From positions 1-64,000 of the forward strand of contig JAXLNO010000219.1 of the NCBI GenBank assembly GCA_038087875.1: a stretch of DNA of 64,000 nt. The letters run 5' to 3'. This stretch comes from Malacoraja senta. Taxonomy: Eukaryota. The position numbers were made by a program, and so were the translations under genes. Shown here one piece after another: positions 8,339-22,045 of this stretch; positions within the stretch are counted from its first letter, which is position 1; each line of letters opens with the position of its first letter. The notes beneath the pieces are model-generated. The model ran no database searches. It was not told the DNA's origin and saw only the letters and a program-made list of their open reading frames with translations.

Positions 8339-10051
8339 CTGCTGACAGCACGGGACACCGCTTTCAGGTCAGGCGATGCCCGAGCCTATAGTTCATCCAG
8401 GGCTAACCTGAAGAGGGGCATAAAGAAGGCCAAGCACTGCCATAAACTCAGGATTGAGGAGCACTTCAACAACAACTCCGACCCCCGACGCATGTGGCTA
8501 GGCATTCAGGCCATCACGGACTTTAGACCCACCAACACCATCCCCACATCCAGCAACGCCTCCTTCCTTGAAGAGCTTAACCACTTCTATGGCCGCTTCG
8601 ATAGGGACAATCTAGAGATGGCCATCAAGGCGGTGCTCCCTGCCGATCACCAGCCCCTCTCACTCACCCCCTACGATGTGTACGTGGCACTGAGTAGGAC
8701 TAATGCACGTAAGGCTGCTGGCCCTGACGACATCCCCGGGTGCGTCCTCAGGGCCTGTGCTGTGCAGCTGACAGACGTCTGGACTGACATCTTCAACCTG
8801 TCACTTGCTCAAGCAGTTGTGCCCACGTGCCTTAAATCCACCTCCATCGTGCCGGTGCCAAAACACTCCACTGCGGCAAGCCTCAACGACTTCCGCCCAG
8901 TTGCACTTACTCCCATCATCGCCAAGTGCTTCGAGAGGCTGGTCCTGGCACACCTCAAAGGCTGCCTACCCCCCACATTGGATCCCTATCAGTTTGCCTA
9001 CCGCAAGAACAGGAGTACGGAGGATGCCATCTCAATGGCACTTCACTCCGCCCTCTCCCACCTCGACAACAGAGACACTTACGTAAGAATGCTGTTCAGC
9101 GATTACAGCTCAGCATTCAACACCATCATACCCTCTAAACTGATCACCAAACTTGGTGACCTGGGCATCGACCCGTCCCTCTGCAACTGGATACTGGACT
9201 TTCTAACCAACAGACCCCAGTCTGTTAGGTTAGACAAGCACAACTCTTCAACCCTCACCCTGAACACCGGCGTTCCACAGGACTGTGTGCTGAGCCCCCT
9301 CCTCTACTCCCTCTTCACCTATGACTGCACACCTGTACATGGTACTAACACCATCATCAAGTATGCAGATGATACAACGGTGATTGGCCTCATCAGTAAC
9401 AACGATGAGTCGGCCTATAGGGAGGAGGTCCAGTTCCTAGCAGCATGGTGCGCTGTCAACAACCTGGCCCTTAACTCCAAGAAGACCAAGGAGCTCATTG
9501 TAGACTTCAGGAAGTCTAGGGGCGGCACGCACACCCCCATCCACATTAACGGGACGGAGGTGGAACGTGTTTCCAGCTTCAGGTTCCTGGGGGTCAACAT
9601 CTCCGATGACCTCTCTTGGACCCACAATACCTCAACTCTAGTCAAGAAGGCTCACCAGCGTCTCTTCTTCCTGAGGAGACTAAAAAAGGTCCATCTGTCT
9701 CCTCAGATTCTGGTGAACTTCTACCGCTGCACCATCGAGAGCATCCTTACCAACTGTATCACAGTATGGTATGGCAACTGCTCTGTCTCCGACCGGAAAG
9801 CACTGCAGAGGGTGGTGAAAATTGCCCAACGCATCACCGGTTCCTCACTCCCCTCCATTGAGTCTGTCCAAAGCAAGCGTTGTCTGCGAAGGGCGCTCAG
9901 CATCACCAAGGACTGCTCTCACCCCAACCACAGACTGTTTACCCTCCTACCATCCGGGAGGCGCTACAGGTCTCTCCGTTGTCGGACCAGCAGGTCCAGG
10001 AACAGCTTCTTCCCTGCGGCGGTTACACTACTCAACACTGTACCTCGGTGA
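8339..10051 (+). CDS. Rex1/Babar RT domain (5'-truncated, uninterrupted)
   Basis: [66 protein letters not shown]. Confidence 0.88.
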   Translation: MLTARDTAFRSGDARAYSSSRANLKRGIKKAKHCHKLRIEEHFNNNSDPRRMWLGIQAITDFRPTNTIPTSSNASFLEELNHFYGRFDRDNLEMAIKAVLPADHQPLSLTPYDVYVALSRTNARKAAGPDDIPGCVLRACAVQLTDVWTDIFNLSLAQAVVPTCLKSTSIVPVPKHSTAASLNDFRPVALTPIIAKCFERLVLAHLKGCLPPTLDPYQFAYRKNRSTEDAISMALHSALSHLDNRDTYVRMLFSDYSSAFNTIIPSKLITKLGDLGIDPSLCNWILDFLTNRPQSVRLDKHNSSTLTLNTGVPQDCVLSPLLYSLFTYDCTPVHGTNTIIKYADDTTVIGLISNNDESAYREEVQFLAAWCAVNNLALNSKKTKELIVDFRKSRGGTHTPIHINGTEVERVSSFRFLGVNISDDLSWTHNTSTLVKKAHQRLFFLRRLKKVHLSPQILVNFYRCTIESILTNCITVWYGNCSVSDRKALQRVVKIAQRITGSSLPSIESVQSKRCLRRALSITKDCSHPNHRLFTLLPSGRRYRSLRCRTSRSRNSFFPAAVTLLNTVPR

Positions 10052-10211
10052 CTGCCAATCACCCCCCCCAGACACTCCTCCCACCAGGATTTATTAGATT
10101 TATTTATTGCTCATACTTATGTCGCTCTTCTAGGGAGATGCTAACTGCATTTCGTTGTCTCTGTACAGTACACTGCACAATGACAATAAAGTTGAATCTG
10201 AATCTGAATCT
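8339..10211 (+). mobile_element. 5'-truncated Rex1/Babar-clade LINE inserted in ERV integrase
   Basis: GATA duplication at 8335-8338 and 10212-10215. RT ORF, then a 3' TGACAATAAAG and (GAATCT)n tail. Confidence 0.88.
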
Positions 10212-10215
10212 GATA

Positions 10216-10283
10216 GCGGTCCACACTTTATTGGACAAATCAATAAAGAATTTTGTGAACAGCTGGGGTTCCAGCAGCAATTA
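10216..10283 (+). pseudogene. pol: ERV integrase core fragment between two insertions
   Basis: (SD)SGPHFIGQINKEFCEQLGFQQQL continues the RLSSD motif. Confidence 0.8.
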
Positions 10284-12988
10284 ACCATATAACCATTACA
10301 GCACGGAAACAGGCCATCTCGGCCCTTCAAGTCCTTGCCGAACACTTTTTTTTTCCCCTTCTTTTTTCTTACTTCCCCCTAGTCCCATCTACCTGCACTC
10401 AGACCATAACCCTCCATTCCTTTCCCGTCCATATACCCATCCAATCTATTTTTAAAGGATAAAATCAAACCTGCCTCCACCACTTCCACTGGAAGCTCAT
10501 TCCACACAGCTACCACTCTCTGAGTAAAGAAGTTCCCCCTAATGTTACCCCTAAACTTCTGTCCCTTAATTCTCAAGTCATGTCCCCTTGTTTGAATCTT
10601 CCCTACTCTCAATGGGAAAAGCTTATCCACGTCAACTCTGTCTAACCCGCTCATCATTTTAAAGATCTCTATCAAGTCCCCCCTTAACCTTCTGCGCTCC
10701 AAAGAATAAAGACCTAACTTGTTCAACCTTTCTCTGTAACTTAGTTGCTGAAACCCAGGCAACATTCTAGTAAATCTCCTCTGTACTCTCTCTATTTTGT
10801 TGACATGCTTCCTATAATTAGGCGACCAAAATTGTACTCCATACTCCAGAATTGGCCTCACCAATGCCTTGTACAATTTTAACATTACATCCCAACTTCT
10901 ATATTCAATGCTCTGATTTATAAAGGCCAGCACACCAAAAGCTTTCTTAACCACCCTATCTACATGAGATTCCACCTTCAGGGAACTATGCACGGTTATT
11001 CCTAGATCCCTCTGTTCAACTGCATTCCTCAATTCGCTACCATTTACCATGTACGTCCTATTTTGATTTGTCCTGCCGAGATGTAGCACCTCACATTTAT
11101 CAGCATTAAACTCCATCTGCCATCTTTCAGCCCACTCTTCCAAATGGCCTAAATCTCTCTGTAGATTTTGAAAATCTACTTCATTATCCACAACACCACC
11201 TATCTTAGTATCATCTGCATACTTACTAATCCAATTTTCCACACCATCATCCAGTTCATTGATGTACATGACAAACAACAGTGGACCCAACACAGACCCC
11301 TGAGGCACCCCACTAGTCACCGGCCTCCAACCTGACAAACAGCCATCCACTATTACTCTCTGGCATCTCCCATTCAGCCATGAATCCATCTGGCTACTCC
11401 ACCATTAATACCCAACAATTGAATCTTCTTAACCAACCTTCCGAGGAACCTTGTCAAAGGCCTTACTGAAGTCCATATAGACATCCACTGCTTTACCCTC
11501 ATCAATTTCCCTAGTAACCTCTTCAAAAAATTCAAGAAGATTAGTCAAACATGACCTTCCAGGCACAAATCCATGTTGACTGTTCCTAATCAGACCCTGC
11601 TTATCCAGATGCTTATATATATTATCTCTAAGTGTCCTTTCCATTAATTTGCGCACCACTGACGTCAAACTAACAGGTCTATAATTGCTAGGTTTACTCT
11701 TAGAACCCTTTTTTAAACAACGGAACAACATGCTCAGTACGCCAATCCTCCGGCACTATTCCCGTTTCTAATGACATTTGAAATATTTCTGTCATAGCCC
11801 CTGCTATTTCTACACTAACTTCCCTCAATGTCCTAGGCAATATCCTGGCAGGACCTGGAGACTTATCCGTTTTCATATTTTTCAAAAGTGTCCGCACCTC
11901 CTCTTCTTTGAATCTCATAGTTTCCATTGCTACTCAGCTTGTTTCCCTTACCTCACATAATTCCATATCCTTCTCCTTGGTGAATACCGAAGAAAATAAA
12001 TTGTTCAATATCTCCCCCATCTCTTTTGGCTCTGCAGATAGCTGTCCACTCTGACTCTCTAATGGACCAATTTTATTCCTTGTTATCCTTTTGCTATTAA
12101 TATAGCTGTAGAAACCCTTTGGATTTACTTTCACCTTACTTGCCAAAGCAACCTCATATCTTCTTTTAGCTTTTCTAATTTCTTTCTTAATATTCTTTTT
12201 ACATTCTTTATACTCCTCAAGCAGCTCTCTTACTCCATGCTGCCTATAATTATTGTAGATCTCTCTCTTTTTCCAAACCAAGTGTCCAATTTCCCTTGAA
12301 AACCATGGCTCTTTCCAATTTTTACTATTTCCTTTCAACTGAACAGGGACATAAAGATTCTGTACTCTTAAAATTTCATCTTTAAATGTCCTCCATTTCT
12401 CTTCGACATCCTTCCCATAAAACAACATGTCCCAATTCACTCCTTTTAAATCCTTTCACATCTCCTCAAAGTTAGCCTTTCTCCAATCAAAAATTTCAAC
12501 CCTAGGTCCAGTTCTGACCCTCTCCATAATTATATTGAAACTAATGGTATTGTGATCACTGGACCCGAAGTGCTCCCCAACGCATACCTCCGCCACCTGC
12601 CCTGTCTCATTTCCTAACAGGAGGTCCAGCACTGCCCCTTCTCTAGTAGGTACCTCTATGTATTGCTGCAAAAAAACTATCCTGCACACATTTTACAAAC
12701 TCCAAACCATCCAGCCCTTTTACAGAATGTGTTTCCCAGTCTATGTGTGGAAAATTGAAATCTCCCACAATCACTACCTTGTGCTTACTGCTAATATCTG
12801 CTATCTCCTTACATATTTGCTCTTCCAATCCTCGCTCCCCATTTGGCGGTCTATAATACACCCCTATGAGTGTTGCTACACCTTTCCCATTTCTCAGTTC
12901 CACCAAATAGCCTCCCCAGACGAGCCCTCTAATCTATCCTGCCAAAGCACTGCTGTAATATCTTCCTTGACAAGCAATGCAACACCCC
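10284..12988 (-). mobile_element. 5'-truncated, frameshifted CR1 LINE (second subfamily), antisense in the ERV
   Basis: Minus-strand ORF pieces with [32 protein letters not shown] and YADD, ending GYGLSAGRWD. Confidence 0.92.
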
Positions 12989-12989
12989 C

Positions 12990-13512
12990 ATTGACCACAG
13001 GCTGCTGGACTTGTAGAAAGGGCAAATCAGACACTTAAAACTAAATTAGCCAAATTGAAGGCGGAGACTGGAATTGGATGGATTAAATTACTCCCAATAG
13101 CTTTATTTCAGATGAGAGTCATGCATGTAAGGAAATCTAGATTAAGCCCAGATTAATTTATGGTAGACCCTTGAGAATACCTTGGAACCAGAATGCGATC
13201 AAAATAATTAATTTCCACCATTTGACTGCAGAGATGACTGACTATATTCTAGCATTGACCAGGGCCTTAAGGGATTCACATTGTCGAATAAGAGCAGCCC
13301 ATAGTGAGATGCCTTCATTAGCAACTCCCATTAAAGTAAAACCTGGAGACTATGTCCTGATAAAGAATAGGGTGAGGAAAGGATTGGAGGTTCGTTGGGA
13401 GGGGCCATACCAGGTTCATCTAATGACTCCAACAGCGGTGAAAGTGGATGGACGAAATGCATGGGTACATCTCCATCACTGTAAAAGCATAAGTGAAGAT
13501 ATGGATTGCTAA
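12990..13512 (+). pseudogene. pol: ERV pol segment 5: integrase catalytic Glu region and C-terminal domain
   Basis: PQAAGLVERANQTLKTKLAKL; KPGDYVLIK, WEGPYQV, WVHLHHCK; stop at 13510-13512. Confidence 0.88.
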
Positions 13513-13769
13513 CCTACTTCATCCCAGGGTCTCTTAGGAACTCTCACAGATGAACTGTCAAGATTGATGGATGGGATTTGTGCCCACAAAAACTCGTGAG
13601 GTGAAGACTCATCAGACGGCATTATGAAGCCACGCCCACGAAAACTCGGGAAGCTTGATGGAATTCTGGTAAGATATATCAACATCTTTTTGTTAGGACA
13701 TTTGTTAGAGTGAACCAGTCGTTAGTGTATTTTGGGTTAGCATTAAAGATGAGGGTTATCATAAATGAT

Positions 13770-13781
13770 AAAATGGGGGAA
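13770..13781 (+). other. Polypurine tract
   Basis: AAAATGGGGGAA immediately before TG at 13782. Confidence 0.75.
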
Positions 13782-14562
13782 TGTTAATATTGACCAAATT
13801 AAAGACACCGTAAAATGGAGGATCCCTGCATTAGTCAGAATTGTTTAACCTTTGTCAGTGGAAAATTACAGGCTTTGGATGTCACCGATTAGTCTGAGCC
13901 TTAGAATGATATGCAGGATGGTGAAGGATCCAGGTATTCTCCTCATTTCCCCTTAATCGGTAACATGTAAATAAACTCTGTAAACTAACTTAAATGCATA
14001 AAATTGATTGGATCACTGCAAGAGCCTTGTAAATATTGTAAATATTGTTGCTAGACAGTTACCCTGCTGTTTGTTGATTGGTTAAAGTGTTGAGCCCCTG
14101 GCAGGTTTGTTTGGATTCCAGGGTAAATGTTGCATTATTCAAATTAAGTTAGCTTCTTCTGGAAGCTTCTCCTGCAACAATGTAAGGGAGATTCTGTTAT
14201 TGGTCTGTATAACTGTCAATAATGTATTGTTGTATTTAATATGTTTGATTAGATTGTAAATAGACCACCCTTCTGTAGTTCGGCCCCTCAAGGTTCAGGG
14301 ACCTATAAAAGGCAGCCCCCACGAGGTCCTTTGTCGATCTTCTGGAAGATCGCTTTGGACTGCGTGACCTTTTGGAGTGTTTCTGCTTGCACGAGGCTGA
14401 AGGGCTTGGCTAGGCAGATACAAGGATCGAACCCGCGGTAGTTTAGGTATCGTATAGGGGAATTTGTTGTTCTATCCAAAAATAAAGATTAGTTCCACTG
14501 CTTGAATCAGTGTTTTATTGACTGAACTAGACTGGAGGGAAGCTTAGAAGAGCTTATTTACT
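13782..14562 (+). repeat. 3' LTR of the ERV (3' boundary approximate)
   Basis: Starts TGTTAATA after the PPT. Several ATTGG (reverse CCAAT) boxes, TATAAAA at 14304-14310 and AATAAA at 14481-14486. The terminal CA is not cleanly preserved. Confidence 0.72.
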
Positions 14563-15054
14563 AGAGGGCATGGTCCAATCCTTCCGCAGCAGAACCTAGA
14601 GAGAAAGAAGTTGCAAAAGAGGAAGGTGAGTGGGATGCTGTGGTGGGCTGGGGTTGGTAGGATGTGGCATACAATATGAGTAGTCTCAATGTATTCCCTT
14701 GATCTGCTCTCACATGTCACATATAAAAAAATATATTTTTGCCTGTCTCACTGGCGAGCTGTGGCTGTTGGTGCCAAAGAACACATGGGTGGACCTCTGT
14801 AGGCATGCTACCAATGGGTGGATCACGAATTGATTAATGGCATTAAAATGTGCAAATAGAGTCCCTCCGAGCATAAAGGACACTCCACTGCATAAGTGAG
14901 TTTCATCAGAGGCTTTGTTGGTGTGCTTCTGAAACAGAGAGTTAGTTATGGCTTCATGTTCTGTTGAACACAGCACTAAGGTGAGTGTTCCTTTGTTGGT
15001 GATGTGATTTATCAGTTCAAATATTAAACCCGGCCCCATTTGACTTTGCGTCAT

Positions 15055-16610
15055 TGACGGAAGACTTTGGATGCTGGAATCTTGAGAGATAAAAGACTAC
15101 AGGAGGACTTCAGCAAACCAGGCAGCATTTGTGGAGGAAAATGGCAGACAGTATTCCTGGCACGGATGCTTCATCAGACTGAGTGAGTGGAGGGAAGGAA
15201 GCTGGGAGGAGAAGTGAAGGGGCAAATGATAGGTGTATTCAGGTGTGGACGGGTGTTTGGCAGATGAGTCGGGTGGGGGTGAGATGGATGGAAACAGTAG
15301 CCAAGGCTGGAGGTGAAGTTGAAAACAGCAGAGGGTGCTCGTGTGGAATCTGATAAGGAAGAAAGATGGTTAGTGAAATGTATAACCTGAGGGATAGTGA
15401 GTGGAAGGGAATGGCAGTGTGGAAAGGAAAATAAGGAGGAGTGAAGATGAATGGATGGAGGAGGGGAAAGGAACTGCGCGGCGGGGCCAGGTGTTGCCTA
15501 AAATTGGAGAATTCGATTTTTTATGCCACTGAGTTGTAGGCTACCCAAGCAGAATATGAGGCACTGTTCTTACCATTTGCATGTGGCCTCACTCTGTCAT
15601 TGGAGCAGGCCGACAACAGAAAGGTTGGTATGGGAAGGGGAATTGAAATGGCACGCAAATGGATGCTTCAGAAGACAGGCACAGGTTTTTGGTGAAATGG
15701 TTGCCTAGTCTACGCTTGCTTAGCTTAGTTTAGAGACACATCATGAAAACAGGCCCTTCAGCCCACTGAGCACGCCGAGGCTAGCTCAGGATAGTTCTAT
15801 GTTATCCCACTTTCTCATTCACTCACTAGGGGTAATTTTATAGAAACCATTAACCTTCAACCTCGCATATGTTTGGGATGTGGGAGGAAACCAGAGCATC
15901 TGGAGGAAACCCACATGGTCGCTGGGAGAATGTGCAAACTCCATGCAGACAGCATCTGAGGTCAACATCTAACCTGGGTCTCTGACGCTGTGAGGCTGCA
16001 GCTCTACCAGCTGTCCCACTGTGCTTGCTTTTCCTGATGTAGAGCAGGTCAAGTTGAGACAACCAAATACAATAGATGAGGTTGGAGGAGGTGTAAGTAG
16101 ACCTCTGTCTCACCTGGAGGGGTTGTTGGTGTTCCTGAATGGAGGTGAGTGAGGAGGTATAGGGACAGGTGTAGTATGTGCTGTGATTGCAGGGTAATGT
16201 GCCCGGGGAAGAGGAGGAGGGGTAGAAAGAAAATAGTAGGCCATTCGGCCCTTCGAGCCAGCACCACCATTCAATATGATCATGGCTGATCATCCAAAAT
16301 CAGTACCCTGTTTTGGCTTTTTCCCCATATCCCTTGATTCCCTTAGCCCTAAGAGCTAAATCTAACTCTCTCGGGAGGTGGGAGGAATGAGAGAACCAAG
16401 TAGTTGCAAAGAGAGAGGTGTCGGCGGAAAGTGAAAGGGAATGGCAAAGATCTGACTGGTGGTGGGATAGAGTTGAAGGAAGCAGAAATGTCTAAGTATG
16501 ATGTGTTGGATGCAGAGGCTGGTGGGGTAACCGTTAAGGACCAGAGGAGTTCTTTCCCTGTTCTATCTTCTGGGGGGAAGGTGAGAGCAGAACTATGGGG
16601 CACAGTGGAG
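15055..16610 (-). mobile_element. Decayed Penelope-like element (GIY-YIG end), interrupted by an HE1-like SINE and a CR1 3' end
   Basis: Minus strand reads ...TCPYTSSLTSIQ...QVRQRSTYTSSNLIYCI...LLYI and HFNSPSHTNLSV...LIFCLGSLQ. Confidence 0.75.
15720..16021 (-). mobile_element. HE1-like tRNA-derived V-SINE
   Basis: Reverse complement of the tRNA-like head and the GGGTTTCCTCC...GGTTTCCTCCCACATCCC core. Confidence 0.75.
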
Positions 16611-17589
16611 ACCTTTTATCTGCCCTGTTGGAGGTCTCATGGTACTTTCTAAATAAAAGCAGGGACTTTTTCCTGGTGTTCTGGATCATATTAACTTGTC
16701 AAAGTAACTAATATAACAAAACTTTGTGATAAGGCCACAAGGTGCTGGAGTAACTCAGTTGGTCAGGCAGCATCCCTGGGTATCATGGAGAACACTCTGA
16801 TTATGTATTATTACATTGTGGGAACTTGCTGTGCTTACATTGTCTACTGTGTTTGATATGTCACACCAGTGAGTCCCTTTAGGAAGTACTTATTTGATTG
16901 TAAAATGCTGTGGAACATTCTGAGAGAAACTGCTTTAAAAACATGTCCTATAATGTTGATTATGACTAATTTTCGATTGGTCATAATCAATGCAGGATTC
17001 ACTCATATGCAGGCTTGTCTGAAAACTGCAAGAAGCTGGTGATCACTAGCTGGACCATTTTTATTCCCATTTTCCAAATAAACAGGATGGTCACCCATTA
17101 ACGATTTTCCAGAGCATTTAAAATGTTAGCTTAAGTAATTCAGCACTAAAAAAAAATGATTTTATATGTCATCTTACATAGCCACGGGTCATACTAAACT
17201 GTTAGAAGTTGACAATGAAAATGTCCATTTAAACAGTGCCTTTAATAAATTATAATTCCGCACCACACTTAAAGTTCAATAAAAACATTTTGCTGCAAAT
17301 TAAAGTACAGAAGATTTTAAAGAGATAGCTAAAGGAGGAAAGAGAGGTAGGGACTCAGAGATGGGAATTAAAAAACCAAGGGCCTTGGCAGCTGAAGGTT
17401 TGACCAACAATGCTGGAGAAATTATATTTAAGGGTGTTCACGATCAGTAATTGGAGCAATACATATGCCTGGAGGTTAAAGGACTGAGGGGATTACAGGA
17501 TCAAGGAGGGTAAAACTATTGTGGTGTTTGATATTAATGGTGGAAATTTTAAAATTAAGCCATTGCCTAATTGGAAGTTAGCCATTGCA

Positions 17590-17877
17590 AGTGCAGCGGT
17601 AGAGTTGTTGCCTTACAGCGCTTGCGGCGCTGGAGAAACGGGTTCGATCCCGACTTTGTACGTTCTCCCCATGACCGCGTGGGTTTTCTCTGAGATCTTC
17701 GGTTTCCTCCCACACCCCAAAGACGAACAGGTTTGTAGGTGAATTGGCTTGGTATCTAAAAATTTTCCCTAGTGTGTGTAGGATAGTGTTAGTGTGCGGG
17801 GATTGCTGGTCGGCATGTACCCACTGGGCCGAAGGGTCTGTTTCCGCGCTGTATCTCTAAACTAGACTAAACTAAAC
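17590..17877 (+). mobile_element. HE1-like V-SINE
   Basis: tRNA-like A/B boxes (GGTTCGATCCC), V-domain core GGTTTCCTCCCACACCCC, CR1-like tail and (CTAAA)n. Confidence 0.8.
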
Positions 17878-20705
17878 AGTGTCATATTATGCACAAGTTC
17901 CCAAGTAACAATGTGATAATGACAAATTTTGTTTTAATCTTGCTGATTGAAAGAGAAATATTGATCTCGACAACTCTTCTCCAAAATTGTGCTGTGTGAT
18001 CTTTAATGTCCTCTTGAGAGTGCAGACGGTGCCTCAGGATAATATCTCATCCAGAAGGCTGGCCAGCACTCTTAATCAGACAACTTGACAGTACATTATT
18101 TCTTTGTCACCAGTCTTGGATCAGATTGCTTCTTTCACTCCCAAGCCTTTGTGCCACATCAGTGCAGCCGGTATTAGTTTCTCCAGCACAGAAGGTTCTC
18201 TTTATCATCCAGCCCACTTATGTCACATCTGTTGTATCTTGATGAAGTCGAGCCTGATGCCATGCCACTAAAAACAATTGTATTTGACTTGTGTTGCGTG
18301 TCTGTAAATCTAGTGCTGGGAGTGAGTAAACACTATCTCATTGCAAAGAACCATCAACTGGTGCTTTGCCAGTATGTTATTTACTTTGGTGTTTAAGCAG
18401 TTATTTTTTTTAATATATAGTTATTGAATTCTCCCTGACATTCCTTCTTCTATCCTAATGAAATCATTTCCGGCATTTTGTTTCTTATGTATTTAAAATT
18501 CATTTTCCACCTTTGCCTTTTCTGATTTGCTATTTCTTAACCCAAGCCTAGCTCTAGACTATATCAATCTAGTCATTCCTACAAACTTCTGCTGACATAT
18601 TTCTATGGTAATTTCTGTAAAGTGCATTAATTGGAATCCTTGGGATGTACTCGTTAACATGGAGTTCATTAGTTGGAACACAGGATGGATACAGCCATAG
18701 GAACCTTACTTCTACAACCTTAAATGCAGCTATCGAAAAGGAAACACTTTGGAAATCATAATAGAGAAAATCATGTGAATGGATTTGAACAGAGTATTTT
18801 AAAGCAGGTAACAACTAATGAATCTTGGAAAATCTTAACATCCATTTCAGCTAACCAGAATTTAAATATATCGCCTTCTGTGAATGTGATTGACTCTAAT
18901 TGAAGGAAATGCAAGTATCTGTTCACCGTCTGCCTATAACAACAGCATATTCAATATTGTAAGCTGCACCATGACTTTTCATAGAAGTGTTATCAAGCAA
19001 AGATTAATGCAGAGCCACATTAGAAAATATTAGTATAGCTAAGAAGTTGATTTTCCAGCATCGTGTGAATTACCTACACAAAATAAATCTTGTCCAATAG
19101 CCCTAGAATGCTGAATTGCAAAACTCACCTCACTGGATCACCTAAGTAATGTTGATCACCCATCTACAGTGGATAGACCAGGCACACTGGATGATCAAGC
19201 AAAACTCAAACACATAGATTCATATGGACAAGTGTACAATGTGTGCTGAATCTACACCCAGTAGATAGCGTGTGCTTAATGAGTCAATTAGAAAGGCACT
19301 GGATCACGTAAGATCCTTTGATAAAGCGGTACAGTGGATTGAATGACTCTGGTGGATATTACAAATGAGGTGAGTTGGAGTGAGCACCTTCCTGTCCTCA
19401 GTTAATTGTAGAATGAAAATCAAATGCATTCTTCAGGAACTGTCTTTCAGAGATGCTGCCTGACCTGCAGAGTTACTCCAGCACTTCTTTTTGTAAACCA
19501 GTATTTGCAGTTCCTTGTGTCTGGATTCTTTTGGAAGTACCTATTATGACAACAGAATATCTACGAGGTGCTAAATCCATGTATTTTGATACTATTACTC
19601 AGATTTAAGAAAAAATCATCTGTAAAATATAATATGAATTTGACAAGCAGATTGTGCTGCTCAGCAAATTTGAACATTTATAATGTTTTTTCATGACATG
19701 TTATTTAGTTTGGTAATTAGTATTGAGAATGCTGCATTTATCATCCATATCTAATCTATTCAACTCAAACAATATTGGCAAAATAATAAACCGGCAATCG
19801 TCCATTTAGAGTGTTGGAATAATAGATTTAATTAGTGTTGTGGATTTGCAATTAAATGTGCAATACACATTATATTAAATAGTGGATGGCACAACTGAAA
19901 CTGATAGTACATACAATTATTGTGTTTGCAGGTGCATTCTTGTTGCTTCTAATTGTTCACCAAATCTGTAAAAATGCATTTACTGGATGCTCTGAATAGA
20001 AGACTGTCATAGATGCCTCAAATTAAGAGAAATGTTGATAACGTAAAAAGGAAAAAAAAATCTTTCCTCTAGTTGGTTAGGTGGTAATTAGTAGAAACAT
20101 CTGATTGGACAATAATTGATCTACTGGGTTAGAAATTTACGAAAGCAGAGTGGTCTCTTAAGTAATATCATGGCTGGTCCAGTTTATCCATTTTCCTCAA
20201 CTTGGCCATTTTGCTTGACTCCACCAGTGTCCAGAAATTCTATTGATCTTTGTTTTGTACTCAATAACTAATCGTCAAATCTGCCAGGTAGTTCTGGATT
20301 CTCCAGCCAGAACAAGCCACCCTTTCTTGATGTAATTTTTAGGATCTGACTATCTCTGGCAAGATTAGCATTAATTAGTCATCCTTAGGGCCCTTGGGAA
20401 TGTAGTGATGACCACTGTTTCAAAAGGCTTATGTCAATGTGGGTTTGGAGTTATGCAGAGGCCAGAACAGGTAGGATGGCAAATGTTCTCCCCTGAGTAC
20501 AATAGTGAAATCGATGGGTTCTTACCAAAATCTGGTAGTCTTTGTTGTTATAACATACTAGTTATTGTTTATCCAAATTCTGGGTTGTGAATTGAATTTA
20601 AATTCCACAGCTGCGGTTGTGAGATGTGTGCTCAGCCCTCTAGATTGTTAGTTCAGTTCTTTGGGCTATTCCATCCCAATTACACTGTATCTCAGAAGTT
20701 ACATT

Positions 20706-21690
20706 ACATTGGAGTTCTGCAGAGGTCGGCTCTGGGGCCACTAGTCTTCACCTTGTATATTAATGATTTGGATAAGGGGATTGAAGGCTTTGTGGCCAAG
20801 TTCGCAGATGATACGAAAATAGGTGGAAGGGCAGGATGTGTAGAGAAAGCAGGGGCTCTGCAGAAGGACTTGGACAAGTTGGGCGAGTGGGCAGAGAAGT
20901 GGCAGATGGAATATAGTGGAGCAAAGTGCGGAGTCATGCAATTTGGTAGTAGGAATAAAGGCATAGACTATTTTCTAACTAGGATGAGAATCCAGAAATC
21001 GGAGGTTTAAAGGGATTTGGGAGTGCTGGTACAGGATCCCCAAAAAGTTAATCTGCAAGTCGAATCAGTAGTAAAGAAAGCAATGGCTAGCATTTATTTC
21101 AAGAGAGCTCGTGTACAAAAACAGGGATGTAATGCTGAGGCTCTATAAGGCACTGGTAAAGCTGCATTTGGAATATTGTGAGCAATATTGGGGACCATAT
21201 CTGAGGAAGGATGTGCTGGCTCCGGAGAGGGTCCAGAGGAGGTTTACAAGAATGATCCCAGGAATTAGTAGGTTAATCTATGATGAGTGTTTGTCAGCAC
21301 TGGGCCTGTACTCGCTGGAGTTTAGAAGAATGAGGGGGGACCTCATTGAAACATACAGAATAGTGAAAGGCTTGGATAGAGTGGATGTGGAGAAGATGTT
21401 TCTACTAGTGGGAGAGTCTAGGACTAGAGGTCATAGCCTCAGAATTAAAGAACGTTCTTTTAGGAAGGAGATGAGGAGAAATGTATTTAGTCAGAGGGTG
21501 GTGAATCTGTGGAATTCTTTGCCACAGAAAGCTGTGGCAGGCCAGGTCAGTGGATGTTTTTAAGGCAGAGATAGATAGATTCTTAGTTAGTACAGGTATC
21601 AGAGGTTATGGGGAGAAGGCAGGAGAATGGGAGTACACTTGATGGGCTGAATGGCCTAATTCTACTCCTATCACTTATGACATGACTTAT
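20706..21690 (+). mobile_element. 5'-truncated decayed CR1 LINE
   Basis: LGPLVFTLYINDLD, FADDTKIGG, YSLEFRRMRGDL and CR1 3' UTR. Confidence 0.9.
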
Positions 21691-22045
21691 TCTTCTCAGA
21701 ATATTTAATGTTTCAATCACCCATCATTCTTCTGAACTTAGATGAGTATAAACCGAAACTACAAAGTATCTCCTTTTGGAACAATCCCCTCTTGCAGTAT
21801 GTTTAATATTATTGCCAAAGATATGCTTTACTTATCAGGAAGTCTTCATAGTAAATCAGGATGAGATGGTTAATGGCCTCCTTTGTAGATATTTTCCTTT
21901 GATTGACTTCAATAATGTTAAATTTCAATTAAATGCTTTTTTGTTTAAATGTAAAGAGAAAATATGTGGTGGATAACTTGCCTTATGTGTAGAGAAAAAA
22001 TAGAGTTGGCATCATGGTCAAAAAACTTTCATTCACTCTAGGACA

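Larger units (their letters stand above)
1..14562 (+). mobile_element. Endogenous retrovirus (class I, epsilon-like), 3' part: decayed pol, PPT and 3' LTR, interrupted by four nested insertions
   Basis: Pol motifs appear in retroviral order across segments 1-370, 1225-2353, ~7066-8338, 10216-10283 and ~12990-13512, followed by a PPT and a TG-starting LTR. The 5' end lies outside the window. Confidence 0.9.

Noticed and set aside
17590..17660. tRNA genes (also 29201 and 59865)
   Set aside because: The tRNA-like heads continue into V-SINE core and LINE-like tails, so they are SINEs rather than tRNA genes.
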